Source of the DNA: Macrostomum lignano
Lineage: Eukaryota
NCBI GenBank assembly: GCA_002269645.1
Contig: NIVC01003018.1
Location: forward strand, 1 to 62,388
DNA: 62,388 nt
Direction: 5' to 3'
The position numbers and the translations under genes are program-made. Position 1 is the stretch's first letter. Each line of letters starts with the position of its first letter. Below are positions 22,005 to 35,786 of the stretch, piece after piece. The notes below the pieces were generated by a model, which worked only from the letters and a program-made list of their open reading frames with translations, searched no databases and had not been told where the DNA came from.

Positions 22005-22895
22005 TGAAGGGGCGATTCTCTCGGTGGATTGGAGGGGCGATTCTCTGGGTAGATTGGAGGGGCGATTCTCTTTGGTGGATTGGAGGGGCGATTCTCTCTT
22101 GGTGGATTGGAGGGGTGATTCTCTTTGGTAGATTAGAGGGGCGATTCTCTTTGGTGGATTGGAGGGGCGATTCTCTCTTGGTGGATTGGAGGGGTGATTC
22201 TCTTTGGTAGATTAGAGGGGCGATTCTCTTTGGTGGATTAGAGGGGCGATTCTCTTTGGTGGATTGGAGGGGCGATTCTCTCTTGGTGGATTGGAGGGGT
22301 GATTCTCTTTGGTAGATTAGAGGGGCGATTCTCTTTGGTGGATTGGAGGGGTGATTCTCTTTGGTAGATTAGAGGAGCGATTCTCTTTGGTGGATTGGAG
22401 GGGTGATTCTCTTTGGTAGATTAGAGGGGCGATTCTCTTTGGTGGATTGGAGGGGCGATTCTCTTTGGTGGATTGGAGGGGCGATTCTCTTTGGTGGATT
22501 AGAGGGGCGATTCTCTTTGGTGGATTGGAGGGGCGATTCTCTCGGTGGATTGGAGGGGCGATTCTCTTTGGTGGATTGGAGGGGCGATTCTCTTTGGTGG
22601 ATTGGAGGGGCGATTCTCTTTGGTGGATTAGAGGGGCGATTCTCTCGGTGGATTGGAGGGGCGATTCTCTGGGTGGATTGGAGAGGCGATTCTCTGGGTG
22701 AATTAGAGGGGCGATTCTCTGGGTGGATTAGAGGGGCGATTCTCTAGGTAGATTAGAGGGGCGATTCTCTCGGTGGATTGGAGGGGCGATTCTCTAGGTA
22801 GATTAGAGGGGCGATTCTCTCGGTGGATTAGAGGGGCGATTCTCTGGGTGAATTAGAGGGGCGATTCTCTGGGTGGATTGGAGAGGCGATTCTCT
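22005..22895 (-). repeat. 25-27-bp minisatellite, reverse complement of the 19.1-20.5 kb array
   Basis: Unit GGTGGATTGGAGGGGCGATTCTCTTT, about 35 copies. Confidence 0.97.
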
Positions 22896-23499
22896 GAGTG
22901 GATTAGGTTTATCTGCGGTGGATTATACTGTCAGGCTGGTGTCCAGTGCAAACGCTGTGCCATATGGCAGAAGCTTTCTTGTGTAACTCCTGTGTGCTTG
23001 CATAGAAATATCGGAACTCGCAGACAGATTTATGCATCTGTCGCCAATACAGCAATGGGGGGATCGAGCGATCACTGACAAGCGGCTACATGTGTCCGGG
23101 AACTGTGCGCATCAGTCAGAGGAAATGCGCTCATACTTTTGTCAGTAGTATTGCGAAGTTGTTTATTGGAGGAAGTCTGGGCGCTTGTGCAATGTCAGGG
23201 TATCCAAGTGGCCCTGTCCAATGGGCACTCTTGCCGTGATGAATGCGTTTAGCGCAGTCCAATCATCTCATTTTGGCTGCTAGTTGGCGTATAAAACTTG
23301 GGAAGCGCTTTGAGGCTCAACTCTAGTGCTTAGTTCTCCATTTTCTGGTTTCTTGTGCTTGCACTCGATTTTCGGAAGGAACTCTGTTTTTTTTGTTCTG
23401 GTGAGTTGATTGATTTTATTATATTCATTTTTTACGCATGCGGATTTGTCTAGGTTTACGACTCCATACACCGAGTTTGGCGCCCCTTATTCTGACTCT

Positions 23500-23523
23500 T
23501 TCTATCTATCTATCTATCTATCC

Positions 23524-23610
<87 letters not shown>

Positions 23611-23611
23611 C

Positions 23612-23661
<50 letters not shown>

Positions 23662-23664
23662 TTT

Positions 23665-23714
<50 letters not shown>

Positions 23715-23715
23715 C

Positions 23716-23806
<91 letters not shown>

Positions 23807-23827
23807 CATCTATCTATCTATCTATCC

Positions 23828-23874
<47 letters not shown>

Positions 23875-23875
23875 C

Positions 23876-23966
<91 letters not shown>

Positions 23967-23967
23967 C

Positions 23968-24005
<38 letters not shown>

Positions 24006-24008
24006 TTT

Positions 24009-24042
<34 letters not shown>

Positions 24043-24043
24043 C

Positions 24044-24085
<42 letters not shown>

Positions 24086-24127
24086 TTTTCTATCTATCTA
24101 TCTATCTATCTATCCATCTATCTATCC

Positions 24128-24161
<34 letters not shown>

Positions 24162-24193
24162 TTTTCTATCTATCTATCTATCTATCTATCTAA

Positions 24194-24250
<57 letters not shown>

Positions 24251-24251
24251 C

Positions 24252-24305
<54 letters not shown>

Positions 24306-24308
24306 TTT

Positions 24309-24358
<50 letters not shown>

Positions 24359-24359
24359 C

Positions 24360-24434
<75 letters not shown>

Positions 24435-24507
24435 CATCTATCTATCTATCTATCTATCTATCTATTTTTCTATCTATCTATCTATCTATCTATCCATCTA
24501 TCTATCC

Positions 24508-24545
<38 letters not shown>

Positions 24546-24605
24546 TTTTCTATCTATCTATCTATCTATCTATCTAACTATCTATCTATCTATCTATCTA
24601 TCTAA

Positions 24606-24670
<65 letters not shown>

Positions 24671-24671
24671 C

Positions 24672-24762
<91 letters not shown>

Positions 24763-24763
24763 C

Positions 24764-24818
<55 letters not shown>

Positions 24819-24819
24819 C

Positions 24820-24862
<43 letters not shown>

Positions 24863-24878
24863 CATCTATCTATCTATC

Positions 24879-24933
<55 letters not shown>

Positions 24934-24985
24934 CTATCTATCAATCTATCAATCTATCTATCTATCTATCTATCTATCTATTTAT
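23500..24985. repeat. (TCTA)n / GATA microsatellite, about 1.5 kb
   Basis: Directly visible, with TCCA and TTTT interruptions. Confidence 0.99.
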
Positions 24986-25319
24986 ACTTTTCCGCTCCTG
25001 ACAGCCACTTTCCCGTCCCTGACAGACAACCTGACTGGCACTCAAGTCTGGCACCTCCATAGGCCCAGTACCCATTTGAAACCTTGTAATAATATTTCAA
25101 GATGCCTACAAAATGTATACGCGTATATAAGTAATATTTTGGAGCTTATAGTCAGTCTAACCTAATTACCGCGCGTGCCAAAACTTGAGTGAGTGTGTGC
25201 AGCTAGCGGCATCTTGCAAAATATGTTTGCTCTGATCAGATTAGGTGCAGGAGCAAAACCCCTGCAGTGTTCACTTGCATCAACAGCATCAACAGTTTTT
25301 TGTGTCAGTTCTGCTTCTT

Positions 25320-26000
25320 ATGTCCTGTCTCACCGTGTGTTTCTTGTGCGTTTCTGAGTTTCTCGTGTGTTTGTCATGTCTCACCGTGTGTTTCTTGTGC
25401 GTTTCTGAGTTTCTCGTGTGTTTGTCATGTCTCACCGTGTGTTTCTTGTGCGTTTCTGAGTTTCTCGTGTGTTTGTCATGTCTCACCGTGTGTTTCTTGT
25501 GCGTTTCTGAGTTTCTCGTGTGTTTGTCATGTCTCACCGTGTGTTTCTTGTGCGTTTCTGAGTTTCTCGTGTGTTTGTCATGTCTCACCGTGTGTTTCTT
25601 GTGCGTTTCTGAGTTTCTCGTGTGTTTGTCATGTCTCACCGTGTGTTTCTCATTTGTTTCTCGTGTCTCATCGTGTGTTTCTCATTTGTTTCTCATGTCT
25701 CATCGTGTGTTTCTCATTTGTTTCTCATGTCTCATCGTGTATTTCTCATTTGTTTCTTGTGTCTCATCGTGTGTTTCTCATTTGTTTCTTGTGTCTCACC
25801 GTGTGTTTCTCATTTGTTTCTCATGTCTCACCGTGTGTTTCTCATTTGTTTCTCATGTCTCACCGTGTGTTTCTCATTTGTTTCTTGTGTCTCACCGTGT
25901 GTTTCTCATTTGTTTCTCGTGTCTTATCGTGTGTTTCTCATTTGTTTCTCATGTCTCATGGTGTGTTTCTCATTTGTTTCTCATGTCTCATCGTGTGTTT
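25320..26000. repeat. Bipartite array: 51-bp units (about 6) switching to 32-bp units (about 11)
   Basis: Both units share CATGTCTCACCGTGTGTTTC; switch at about 25635. Confidence 0.95.
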
Positions 26001-26467
26001 CTTGCATTTCAACATGTCTCCCCCGCCTTTTTCGTGTTGGCGCCAGGTGTTTCTTAAATCTTGTCAGCTTTTTCTATTGCTAATATCTTATCATATATTT
26101 TTCCTGATCTAGTCCTCAGCTTTTCGTGCCCCTTCGATAAAATTATGGCACTGACCTTTCTTTGCTCATACGCGGCATCGAATTCTGAATTCTGTGCAGC
26201 CTCCTCATTTTAACCCTCAGCCGCTACAAATTGTCAGCTCCACCCCCACCCAGTTGCGCAGCCTGGTAGCAACAGATGCATCGCGAAAATGACGATCAGG
26301 CAACAAATTCGATATCAGAGTCGTGGCGAAAATTGTCTCCTGAAATTGAATCGGTCTAGGTAGCCTTGCCGCTGCCGTGCCGAGCGTGTCGAGTTTCCTA
26401 GAAAATTGAGAGGAAGAGAGGCCCGGGCTGCAGTTCGCTTGAGAAATCCTATATGGGATTCCTAAGT

Positions 26468-26766
26468 GGGGGGAGCAGCTCAGCGGTGAACGCGACCCCT
26501 GGTTCGATTCCTGTTTTGTGCACAAGAATTAGCCGGTGGGTTGTCAGGCGATTCACAGCCATGAGGGCCAGGCCCCGAGGCACAGAGAGTGTACATGCCT
26601 GACGGTTAGACAGTCAGGGCGGATGTACACCCTGAGTGAGCGTGCGTGTGAGTGCGTGCCTGCGTACAGAATTGGCGCTCTTGCGTGTGCTGAGGGGTCA
26701 ACGGAATGGGCTGAATTGCCGTCAGCGCTGGGTGCGAGATCAGGCGCGTCGCCACCGGGGGGGGGG
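26468..26766 (+). mobile_element. Related tRNA-derived SINE with a different, shortened head and a shared core
   Basis: A box AGCTCAGCGG and B box GGTTCGATTCC separated by only ~14 nt. Core CCCCGAGGCACAGAGAGTGTACATGCCTGAC...GTCAGGGC...TGTACAC and GCTGAGGGG...GGAATGGGC align to SINE copies 1-3. Confidence 0.7.
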
Positions 26767-26814
26767 ACAGTAAAAGCTTGTGACTCGTTGTGGTAATCAA
26801 TCATTTTTCTTCAG

Positions 26815-27590
26815 GGCGCCGAAATGAGTGCCTGCGGCGCCAAAATGAGTGCCTGCGGCGCCAAAATGAGTGCCTGCGGCACCAAAATGAGTGCCTGCGG
26901 CGCCAAAATGAGTGCCTGCGGCGCTAAAATGAGTGCCTGCGGCGCCAAAATGAGTGCTTGCGGCGCTTAAATGAGTGCCTGCGGCGCCAAAATGAGTGCT
27001 TGCGGCGCTTAAATGAGTGCCTGCGGCGCCAAAATGAGTGCTTGCGGCGCTTAAATGAGTGCCTGCGGCGCCAAAATGAGTGCCTGCGGCGCCAAAATGA
27101 GTGCCTGCGGCACCAAAATGAGTGCCTGCGGCGCCAAAATGAGTGCCTGCGGCGCTAAAATGAGTGCCTGCGGCGCCAAAATGAGTGCCTGCGGCGCCAA
27201 AATGAGTGCCTGCGGCGCCAAAATGAGTGCCTGCGGCACCAAAATGAGTGCCTGCGGCGCCAAAATGAGTGCCTGCGGCGCTAAAATGAGTGCCTGCGGC
27301 GCCAAAATGAGTGCCTGCGGCGCTAAAATGAGTGCCTGCGGCGCTAAAATGAGTGCCTGCGGCGCTAAAATGAGTGCCTGCGGCGCCAAAATGAGTGCCT
27401 GCGGCGCCAAAATGATTGCCTGCGGCGCCAAAATAAGTGCCTGCGGCGCTAAAATGAGTGCCTGCGGCGCCAAAATGAGTGCCTGCGGCGCCAAAATGAG
27501 TGCCTGCGGCGCCAAAATGAGTGCCTGCGGCGCCAAAATGATTGCCTGCGGCGCCAAAATGAGTGCCTGCGGCGCTAAAATGAGTGCTGA
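26815..27590. repeat. 21-bp minisatellite GAGTGCCTGCGGCGCCAAAAT
   Basis: About 37 copies. Confidence 0.98.
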
Positions 27591-28178
27591 CAACACGATT
27601 CTCACAAAGTAATGGAAATGCAGGAATTTAGTCATGTACATGTTGAATGCTTGGCTTTGTCCCCCCCCCCCACCATAAATCCATGGCGACGCCTCTGTGC
27701 GAGATGATGTGGATGAAGGCGTTGCGCACAGGGTGCCCGCAGCCTCCCTCCATGTTTTGAAGGCCAAAAAACTAAAACTAAAGCCAATGCTTAATAATCA
27801 GCACTCAACAAGTGAAGCTAAAGTATCTTCGTGTCTTGCCCTCGCATGCCTCTTCACTTGATTTCTTTAGCCAGAAAAAATGAGGCCATGAAATATTTTC
27901 GGTCCATCCTGTCCATTCCGTGCCCCAATCTGCTCACTGAATGCCTGTTGTGAGCAGAGCAACAATGAGCAGGAAGTGAGCAGAGCCCTCTCTATACCTG
28001 GCTCCATAGCTCAGCCAACTGAGAGCAGTGAGGGGCATATTGGGCATTTGCAGAAAATACTTTTATTATACTATTACTTAATCGAGAAGGAAATTTTCGC
28101 TCAAAATGGTTTGCCTAGTTTTACTCGTTCATGGCGCCGCACTGAGGCCTCGGGCCTTGCATAGAATGCGGGCCCAGT

Positions 28179-28217
<39 letters not shown>

Positions 28218-28774
28218 CGGAAGTCAGGAAGCCGAGAGAGGCTTTTTGATGACTGCCAGTTCCTTTTTTCTCCCTCACACTCTCAATGGTGCTGGCGCTT
28301 CAAGCAGAAAAAAAAGATGAGCTGCGCGCGACCTTTCGGGAGGAAGCCGGGGCTGACTGCAAAGAAAGGAACAATGGGGGAGCAGGGATGGGAAAGGAAA
28401 TGAGATTCAACCGGGGTGACGAAGCAGAGGGGAGCTCTGAAGCAACCTGTGCGCTACCTTTGCTGGGCTGTGTCTTCTACCGTTTGAATCCAGAAGTAAA
28501 GTAGAAAATCTTCTCAATGCAGCCAAGTGAATAGAGACCAACCTGGGCTGCGTGAGTTCGGGTGTGTGAAAATAATAGAAGAAAGAGATGCTTTCTAATG
28601 GATGGTTTGGCTGATTTTTAGAAACTGCCAAGAATTCATGAGGCTGGCAATTTTCAGACTGGGTGAGTCAGTAAAGAAAAAATGATCTGTTTTTCATGGA
28701 AACAGCAGAGTGAGTATCTTGCGGAGTGCCGTGATGGCTGAGCGAGTGAGAAATGGAGTCCCGTGATAGAGAGA

Positions 28775-29810
28775 TGAGTGTGTCCCGGTGTCCCGTGACA
28801 AAGTGATTAGAGTGGGTGCCGTGACGGAGTGATTAGAGTGAGTCCCGTGACGGAGTAGTTAGAGTGGGTCCCGTGACGGAGTGATTAGAGTGAGTCCCGT
28901 GACGGAGTGATTAGAGTGAGTCCCGTGACGGAGTGATTTGAGTGGGTCCCGTGACGGAGTGATTAGAGTGGGTCCCGTGACGGAGTGATTTGAGTGAATC
29001 CCGTGACGGAGTGATTTAAGTGAGTCCCGTGACGGAGTGATTTGAGTGAGTCCCGTGACGGAGTGATTAGAGTGAGTCCCGTGACGGAGTGATTTGAGTG
29101 AATCCCGTGACGGAGTGATTTGAGTGAGTCCCGTGACGGAGTGATTTGAGTGAGTCCCGTGACGGAGTGATTAGAGTGAGTCCCGTGACGGAGTGATTTG
29201 AGTGAATCCCGTGACGGAGTGATTTGAGTGAGTCCCGTGACGGAGTGATTTGAGTGAGTCCCGTGACGGAGTGATTAGAGTGAGTCCCGTGACGGAGTGA
29301 TTTAAGTGAGTCCCGTGACGGAGTGATTTGAGTGAGTCCCGTGACGGAGTGATTAGAGTGAGTCCCGTGACGGAGTGATTTGAGTGAATCCCGTGACGGA
29401 GTGATTTGAGTGAGTCCCGTGACGGAGTGATTTGAGTGAGTCCCGTGACGGAGTGATTAGAGTGAGTCCCGTGACGGAGTGATTTGAGTGAATCTCGTGA
29501 CGGAGTGATTTGAGTGAGTCCCGTGACGGAGTGATTTGAGTGAGTCCCGTGACGGAGTGATTTGAGTGAATCCCGTGACGGAGTGATTAGAGTGAGTCCC
29601 GTGACGGAGTGATTAGAGCGGGTCCCGTGATGGAATGCTGAGAGCGGGAGTGATGGAGTGCTGAGAGCGGGTCCCGTGATGGAATGCTGAGAGCGGGAGT
29701 GATGGAGTGCTGAGAGCGGGTCCCGTGATGGAATGCTGAGAGCGGGAGTGATGGAGTGCTGAGAGCGGGTCCCGTGATGGAGTGCTGAGAGTGGGAGTGA
29801 TGGAGTGAGT
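28775..29810. repeat. 26-bp minisatellite GACGGAGTGATT(A/T)GAGTGAGTCCCGT, ending in a 26+23-bp composite variant
   Basis: About 32 copies to 29615, then GAGAGCGGG-based composite units. Confidence 0.97.
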
Positions 29811-30519
29811 GAGTGCCGTGAAGAGAGAGGAGAGGTGATTCAGGCTAATCAACATGGCCATCTGTCAGGCAGGCGGCAGAGTAATTCTGCACTGCTGAGA
29901 GACAAAGCCATCAGTTGGCCGCAGTCGTGATTGTGCAAGTTTCTGCTCCCCAAATTCCCAATATGCTTTTCCTTTTCCCCTACCCAGCATGGACCCCCCC
30001 CCGTTGTCATCTCAGCGCGTGCAGGGAATCGCCAGGATTGAATGCTATTAAGCAGTCTGTGAGTCTACAATGGGGTAGGGAGGGGGTACAGAATCTGAGT
30101 GCATTAATTATTAATCCATGCAAGCTAAATGCAAGTCTCAGGTTCACCCGATACCCCCCGTGTCACTGATCGGGCCCATTGATTCCCTATTTATTCCTCC
30201 CTGCAGCTCAAGATGATTTAGTGAAAAGTGGAAATGTGAGGAATGTGTTGGTGCTAGAGGCCTCAGGGAGCCACTTGAACAGCTCACGGCTAGGGAGTGA
30301 AGGTTGCACTCAGAAATTCAGCTCCTACCCTATCTTTGTCATGGGAGCAGGTTCTCATTGTTTCAGTTCATTCAAGCATCCGGCAGGCAAGGACTTGTTC
30401 TGTCCTGACGCTTCCATCGTGCCTGCATCTTCTGCAGTCTTCTGCTTCTTCCTGCTCGTCTCGTCCTTTGCCAGAGGCGACTGTGAGGGACTACTGTAGT
30501 GAAGAAAGAGGGCAAAGTG

Positions 30520-31490
<971 letters not shown>

Positions 31491-32989
31491 GACACAGGGG
31501 GCACCTGGCAGGTGGGAGGGGAGGCACAGCGGATAAAAAAGCCTCCAGAACCAGACCAGGCCGCCCAGCTTGCATGTCAAAATCGATGCGCCCGCCAAGA
31601 GAATGGAATTAAGGATTCATTCCCGGGGGGTCGGTCTGAAAAAAAACACAACAGATGACGCGCCGCTCTGGTAGAGGAAGGTTTGCATGGGAGGCTGAGC
31701 GGTTGGGATAGGTGGAGACCCCCTTCTCCTCCTACCCCTGTGATTTCGGCGTGGATCTCCCGAGACACCTGAGGGGGGCTGCGGAGAAGACAGAAGCGTA
31801 TAACAGCGGTGAGCGAAGGCCAGCTGATTAAAGTTTCAGCAGGCCTAGGGGATGAGTAGCAGGGGCTAAGGCGTAGGCCGTATGCTCCTACTAGGCCAGT
31901 GTTGTGGAGCAGTGCAGTGTTTACAAGCTTGCATGCCCACGCACCGCCCGCCCTTCGGCCGCTGACTCCTTTCTCTTAATGAAATCTCAGACTCCTACTA
32001 CTAGTGTGCAGTGGGATGACGAAGATTGAATCTGCCGCGAGTGCTGACGCTGCCGAAGCGGCCGGTGCTACGGTAGGCTAATCCAGGATTATAGCGGAGA
32101 AGAGAATGAGGTGAAACATTCGGGAGCTCCTTTTCTCAATATGCTACTGCTGAGTTCGAGATCAATGGAGAGTGACATTTATCAAGGAGTTCGGTTGCGT
32201 AATCCGAGTCCGAGAAGATAAAAAGAGATTGTTAGGCACGTAGAGGCTCGGTGACTCAGCTATAGTCCGAACTGATGAGCTGGAGACTGACTTCAGTAAG
32301 TCTAACAGTCAGGAGAAACCTTCCAGCTATTACTATAAAAATTTCAAAACCCAGAAATCGGCTTTAGCAACCACTATCACAAAGCAGAAACTTCTCCAGA
32401 TGAAATAAAATTCACTCTGTAGAAAACTTGCGACCTAAGATATGTAAAAAAATCTACCCTATTTTCAATGAAGTCATGCAACAACCTGAATGTCTGGGCA
32501 AGGTGTCTTGAAGCTTGGTGTCATCATCACCGCCCAGCCCTGCTCGGGGCGATCTCGTATTTCCTGATTGCAGAACTGCATAGGGGCGAGTCAGTTACTC
32601 TCTGCTTGCAGCACGCAGAAGAACCGTGACGGGAGCTCATGCAGCTAGAAATACAGGAAGGAGACCCAAAAAACAATACGCTTCCTTTTCTCTTGTTCCC
32701 TCCTCCTCCCCCCCCCACGCTGGGCCTTGAGTCCTGTTCGTTCTCAAAACATTGAGCTGCTAAGACAGACAGACGGAGTTGCGAGGACCATGGCTTAACT
32801 GCTCGACAGGAAGTGAATCGCGCTCGAGTGCTGAGCTGGTCTTTGCCTTGCCCCCCCCATTCTCCCCCCCCCTCCTATACTCAGTCAGGGAGGTCTGGAA
32901 CCAGAACCTGGAGTTACAACTTGAGTAGGCTGACTGCCGGTTTCACTTGCACACAGCAGTGCATCGGCGAGTTGTTGCAGAAGTCATGT

Positions 32990-33320
32990 TTTACTAGTGC
33001 GCACTTTAAGCGACATTGTCACACAACCGGCGAGAGGCATTGCTGCCCATTCCGCCGACTCCCCTGAGCGGGCACACAAGCGCGCGGATACGTACGCAGT
33101 CATACACACAGGCACTCACACAGGAGTGTACAGTGGCCCTAACTTTATTTATCGTTAGGCATGTACACTTCACTGTGCCTTGGGGGTTGGCCATCAAGGC
33201 CGCCAATTGCACGAGCAGAGCCAAGCCGAGATTCCAATTAACCCCAAGTTAATGTGACTGCAGTTGGAATCGAGCCTGGGCCGCTGGCACATCGGGCTAC
33301 GGCCCCACTACAACCAGCCT
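32990..33320 (-). mobile_element. tRNA-derived SINE, copy 3
   Basis: Minus strand TGGTTGTAGTGG (A box), GGCTCGATTCC (B box), full core, and 3' part GTCGCTTAAAGTGCGC shared with copy 1. Confidence 0.85.
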
Positions 33321-34369
33321 ACTCGTGTCCAAGAATGGGAATTTAGGGAAGATTGTTACTCATCGGCTCTGCCTGTAGGCCTCCTTGACTCCAGTTCATT
33401 CATTCTTCCCCTGGGTCCTTGCGCCCCCGCTCCTGCTTCCTCGATCAGGAAAGAAGATTGAAAGAGTAAAGTTTCTGTCTGCTCGTAGCGCACGCAGACA
33501 GTTAAACGGGAAATTAAGGAAGCTCATGTTAGAATATTTCCAGCCATATGGGCGCGTTTGTTACGAGTAATTGTCTGCTTTTATTGGCGCCCAGCTGAAT
33601 TCCTGCCAGCCAGCAAAACTGCGGACGAATTCAAAAACTGTCAAACGACTCCCGGGAGAGTGTTAAAATCTCTCTAGCCATAAATTAGACTCTCATGGCT
33701 CATCGAACTTCGAGCCAGCAAGAGAGGGGGGCGGAGCTGCTCACAGAGGTAAACTCGTCTAGACTTTCGCGCCGCGATCCCTGGTTCGGTCCGTGTGAGG
33801 GGCAACATTCGTTTGGGGCTTTTGGAGCACAAAAATGGCCTTGGGGTTATCGGGCCATTTACACTTCTAGAAGCAGCTTCTAGAAGAAAATTATTAAGCC
33901 AAGAGAAACAGATAAAGCGAGAGATAAACTATTTCTACTCCGGAAGAAGAAAGCTCTTCCCCCCGGGGATTTGTGGATTTTCCCTGCATGCAGTGGCGGT
34001 TCTTTCTTACGTGACTTGGAATCAAATGAGGCCGCAGATCCTGCCCAACGCACACGCAGCCCCAGTTCGTTTGCATTGTTTGCAGGCGACAGAAACTCCA
34101 CTCGGCCAGGGAGGCCAAGAGCCAGGACCTGGAGTGGCCCGGTCAGCTGTAGGCTGACCTGTAGGTTCTGGATTCTATAAGCTTAGCTAAAACTATCACA
34201 TGCGATTTCTGATTGGTTTAATTTTTAAGCTGAATAATTTGAATAAAAAATTCCGAGCTATAGGCAATAAAAATCTTCAAATAGACCAGTTTATGCTAGA
34301 GGGATAAAACTTTGTTACCACAAGAGCCAGATAGAGAGCTTAGAGACGGCTGTGGGCCAGTAAGAAGAG

Positions 34370-34850
34370 GGACTACAGAAGAGAGATAGGAGGAAGCAGA
34401 GGCCAGGGAAAAAAGGAGACGAGAGAAGAAGAGAGATGTAATAGGAGAGGAGAAAGAAGAGAAGGGAGAGAAGGGAGAGAAAAAAAAGAGAGAAGGGAGG
34501 GAGAGGAGAGGAGAGGAGAGAGAGAGAGGAGAGAGGAGAGGAAGGAGAGAGAGGAGAGAGAGGGAGAGAGAGGAGAGGAGAGGAGAGGAGAGGAGAGAAA
34601 GGAGAGGAGAGGAGAGGAGAGGAGAGGAGAGGAGAGGAGAGGAGAAAAGGGAGAGAAGAGAAGAGAGAGGAGAGGATAGAGAAGGGAGAGAAGGGAGGGA
34701 AGGTAGATGAGAGGAGAGAATAGAGAAGGGAGGGAAGGTAGATGAGAGGAGAGAATAGAGAAGGGAGAGAAGGAAGGGAAGGTAGAGGAGAGGAGAGAAT
34801 AGAGAAGGGAGAGAAGGAAGGGAAGGTAGAGGAGAGGAGAGAAGAGAGCT
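34370..34850. repeat. Polypurine (GA/GGAGA) tract
   Basis: About 480 bp almost purely A/G on the + strand. Confidence 0.95.
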
Positions 34851-35561
34851 GCGAAGAGACACAAACCCTGAGCGGGCCGGATTGCTATTGTGAAATATCA
34901 AAGGACCCGAGGGCCGGAGAGAGGCTCGCAGGCCGCCTGTGGCCCACGGGCCGGGGTTTGCTGACCCCATGAAATAGACTGTTGGCCCATAGCTGTCTGA
35001 ACATGGGAGTTTGGCACCCCAGACTCTGCTTCTGGGTCTCCTTGCATCAGTCCCCCTTTTTTAGCTCCGATTCCGTGTCCACCCCAGGAGGGATCTCTGC
35101 GTAGCGCAGGCGGTCACCAGCCACCAAAACACGCAGCAGCATCGGAGACTCAAGAGAGAGGCTGACTGCTGAACATTTTCGAGGATTTGAATTCATTAAG
35201 CACGAACTCAAAGAATTTTTAACGCGCGCGTCGAGTCCCCCCTCCCCTGATGTAGAAGATTGGGGGAAAAAGCTGTTCGCAAATTATCCTCTTTCTTTAA
35301 TTTCCATCTTTGCTGGGCCCTCAGACAGACCCACACATGAATGCTTTGCTTCTTTGTTCGCGTTAGATAGACAATTAGCACGAACCGCTAAGGGTGAATT
35401 CGAATTCCTGGCTTGTTCGTGCTTTAAATTTGCTTTTATCATTTACCTGAGACATGGCGTGTAAGAATTTACAATTTTTAGGGTGATCGCTTTCTTTGGA
35501 ACTCAGCTTTATACCATGGTTGGTGCCCGAGGTGTTATATTTGGCAAGCGCACAATATTCG

Positions 35562-35685
35562 GGCTACCAGACACAATATTCGGGCTACCAGACACAATAT
35601 TCGGGCTACCAGACACAATATTCGGGCTACCAGACACAATATTCGGGCTACCAGACACAATATTGGGGCTCCCAGACACAATATC
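35562..35685. repeat. 21-bp minisatellite CACAATATTCGGGCTACCAGA
   Basis: About 6 copies just upstream of protocadherin exon 1. Confidence 0.95.
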
Positions 35686-35786
35686 AGATACTCGTACGTC
35701 TGTCGTACAAAATTTGGAAATTCCAAGTGACAACTAAATTTCTCCCTCATCCCTAACACAGGTGGCCGCTCCAAGCAAGCTCCCAG

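Noticed and set aside
22900-23280. PHD-like peptide VQCKRCAIWQKLSC and adjacent open frames
   Set aside because: The His ligand and the other Cys pairs are missing and the frames are short; insufficient support.
33020-33085. HDV-like ribozyme in the SINE (GCGGAATGGGC resembles the HDV J4/2-P2 end GCGAAUGGGAC)
   Set aside because: I could not build P1, P3/L3 and P1.1, and the TGCCC partner is absent in the 26.5 kb relative.
32923-33324. Perfect 10-bp inverted repeat GAGTAGGCTG / CAGCCTACTC flanking SINE copy 3
   Set aside because: A single 10-mer pair over 400 bp is compatible with chance; no TSD, and not seen at other copies.
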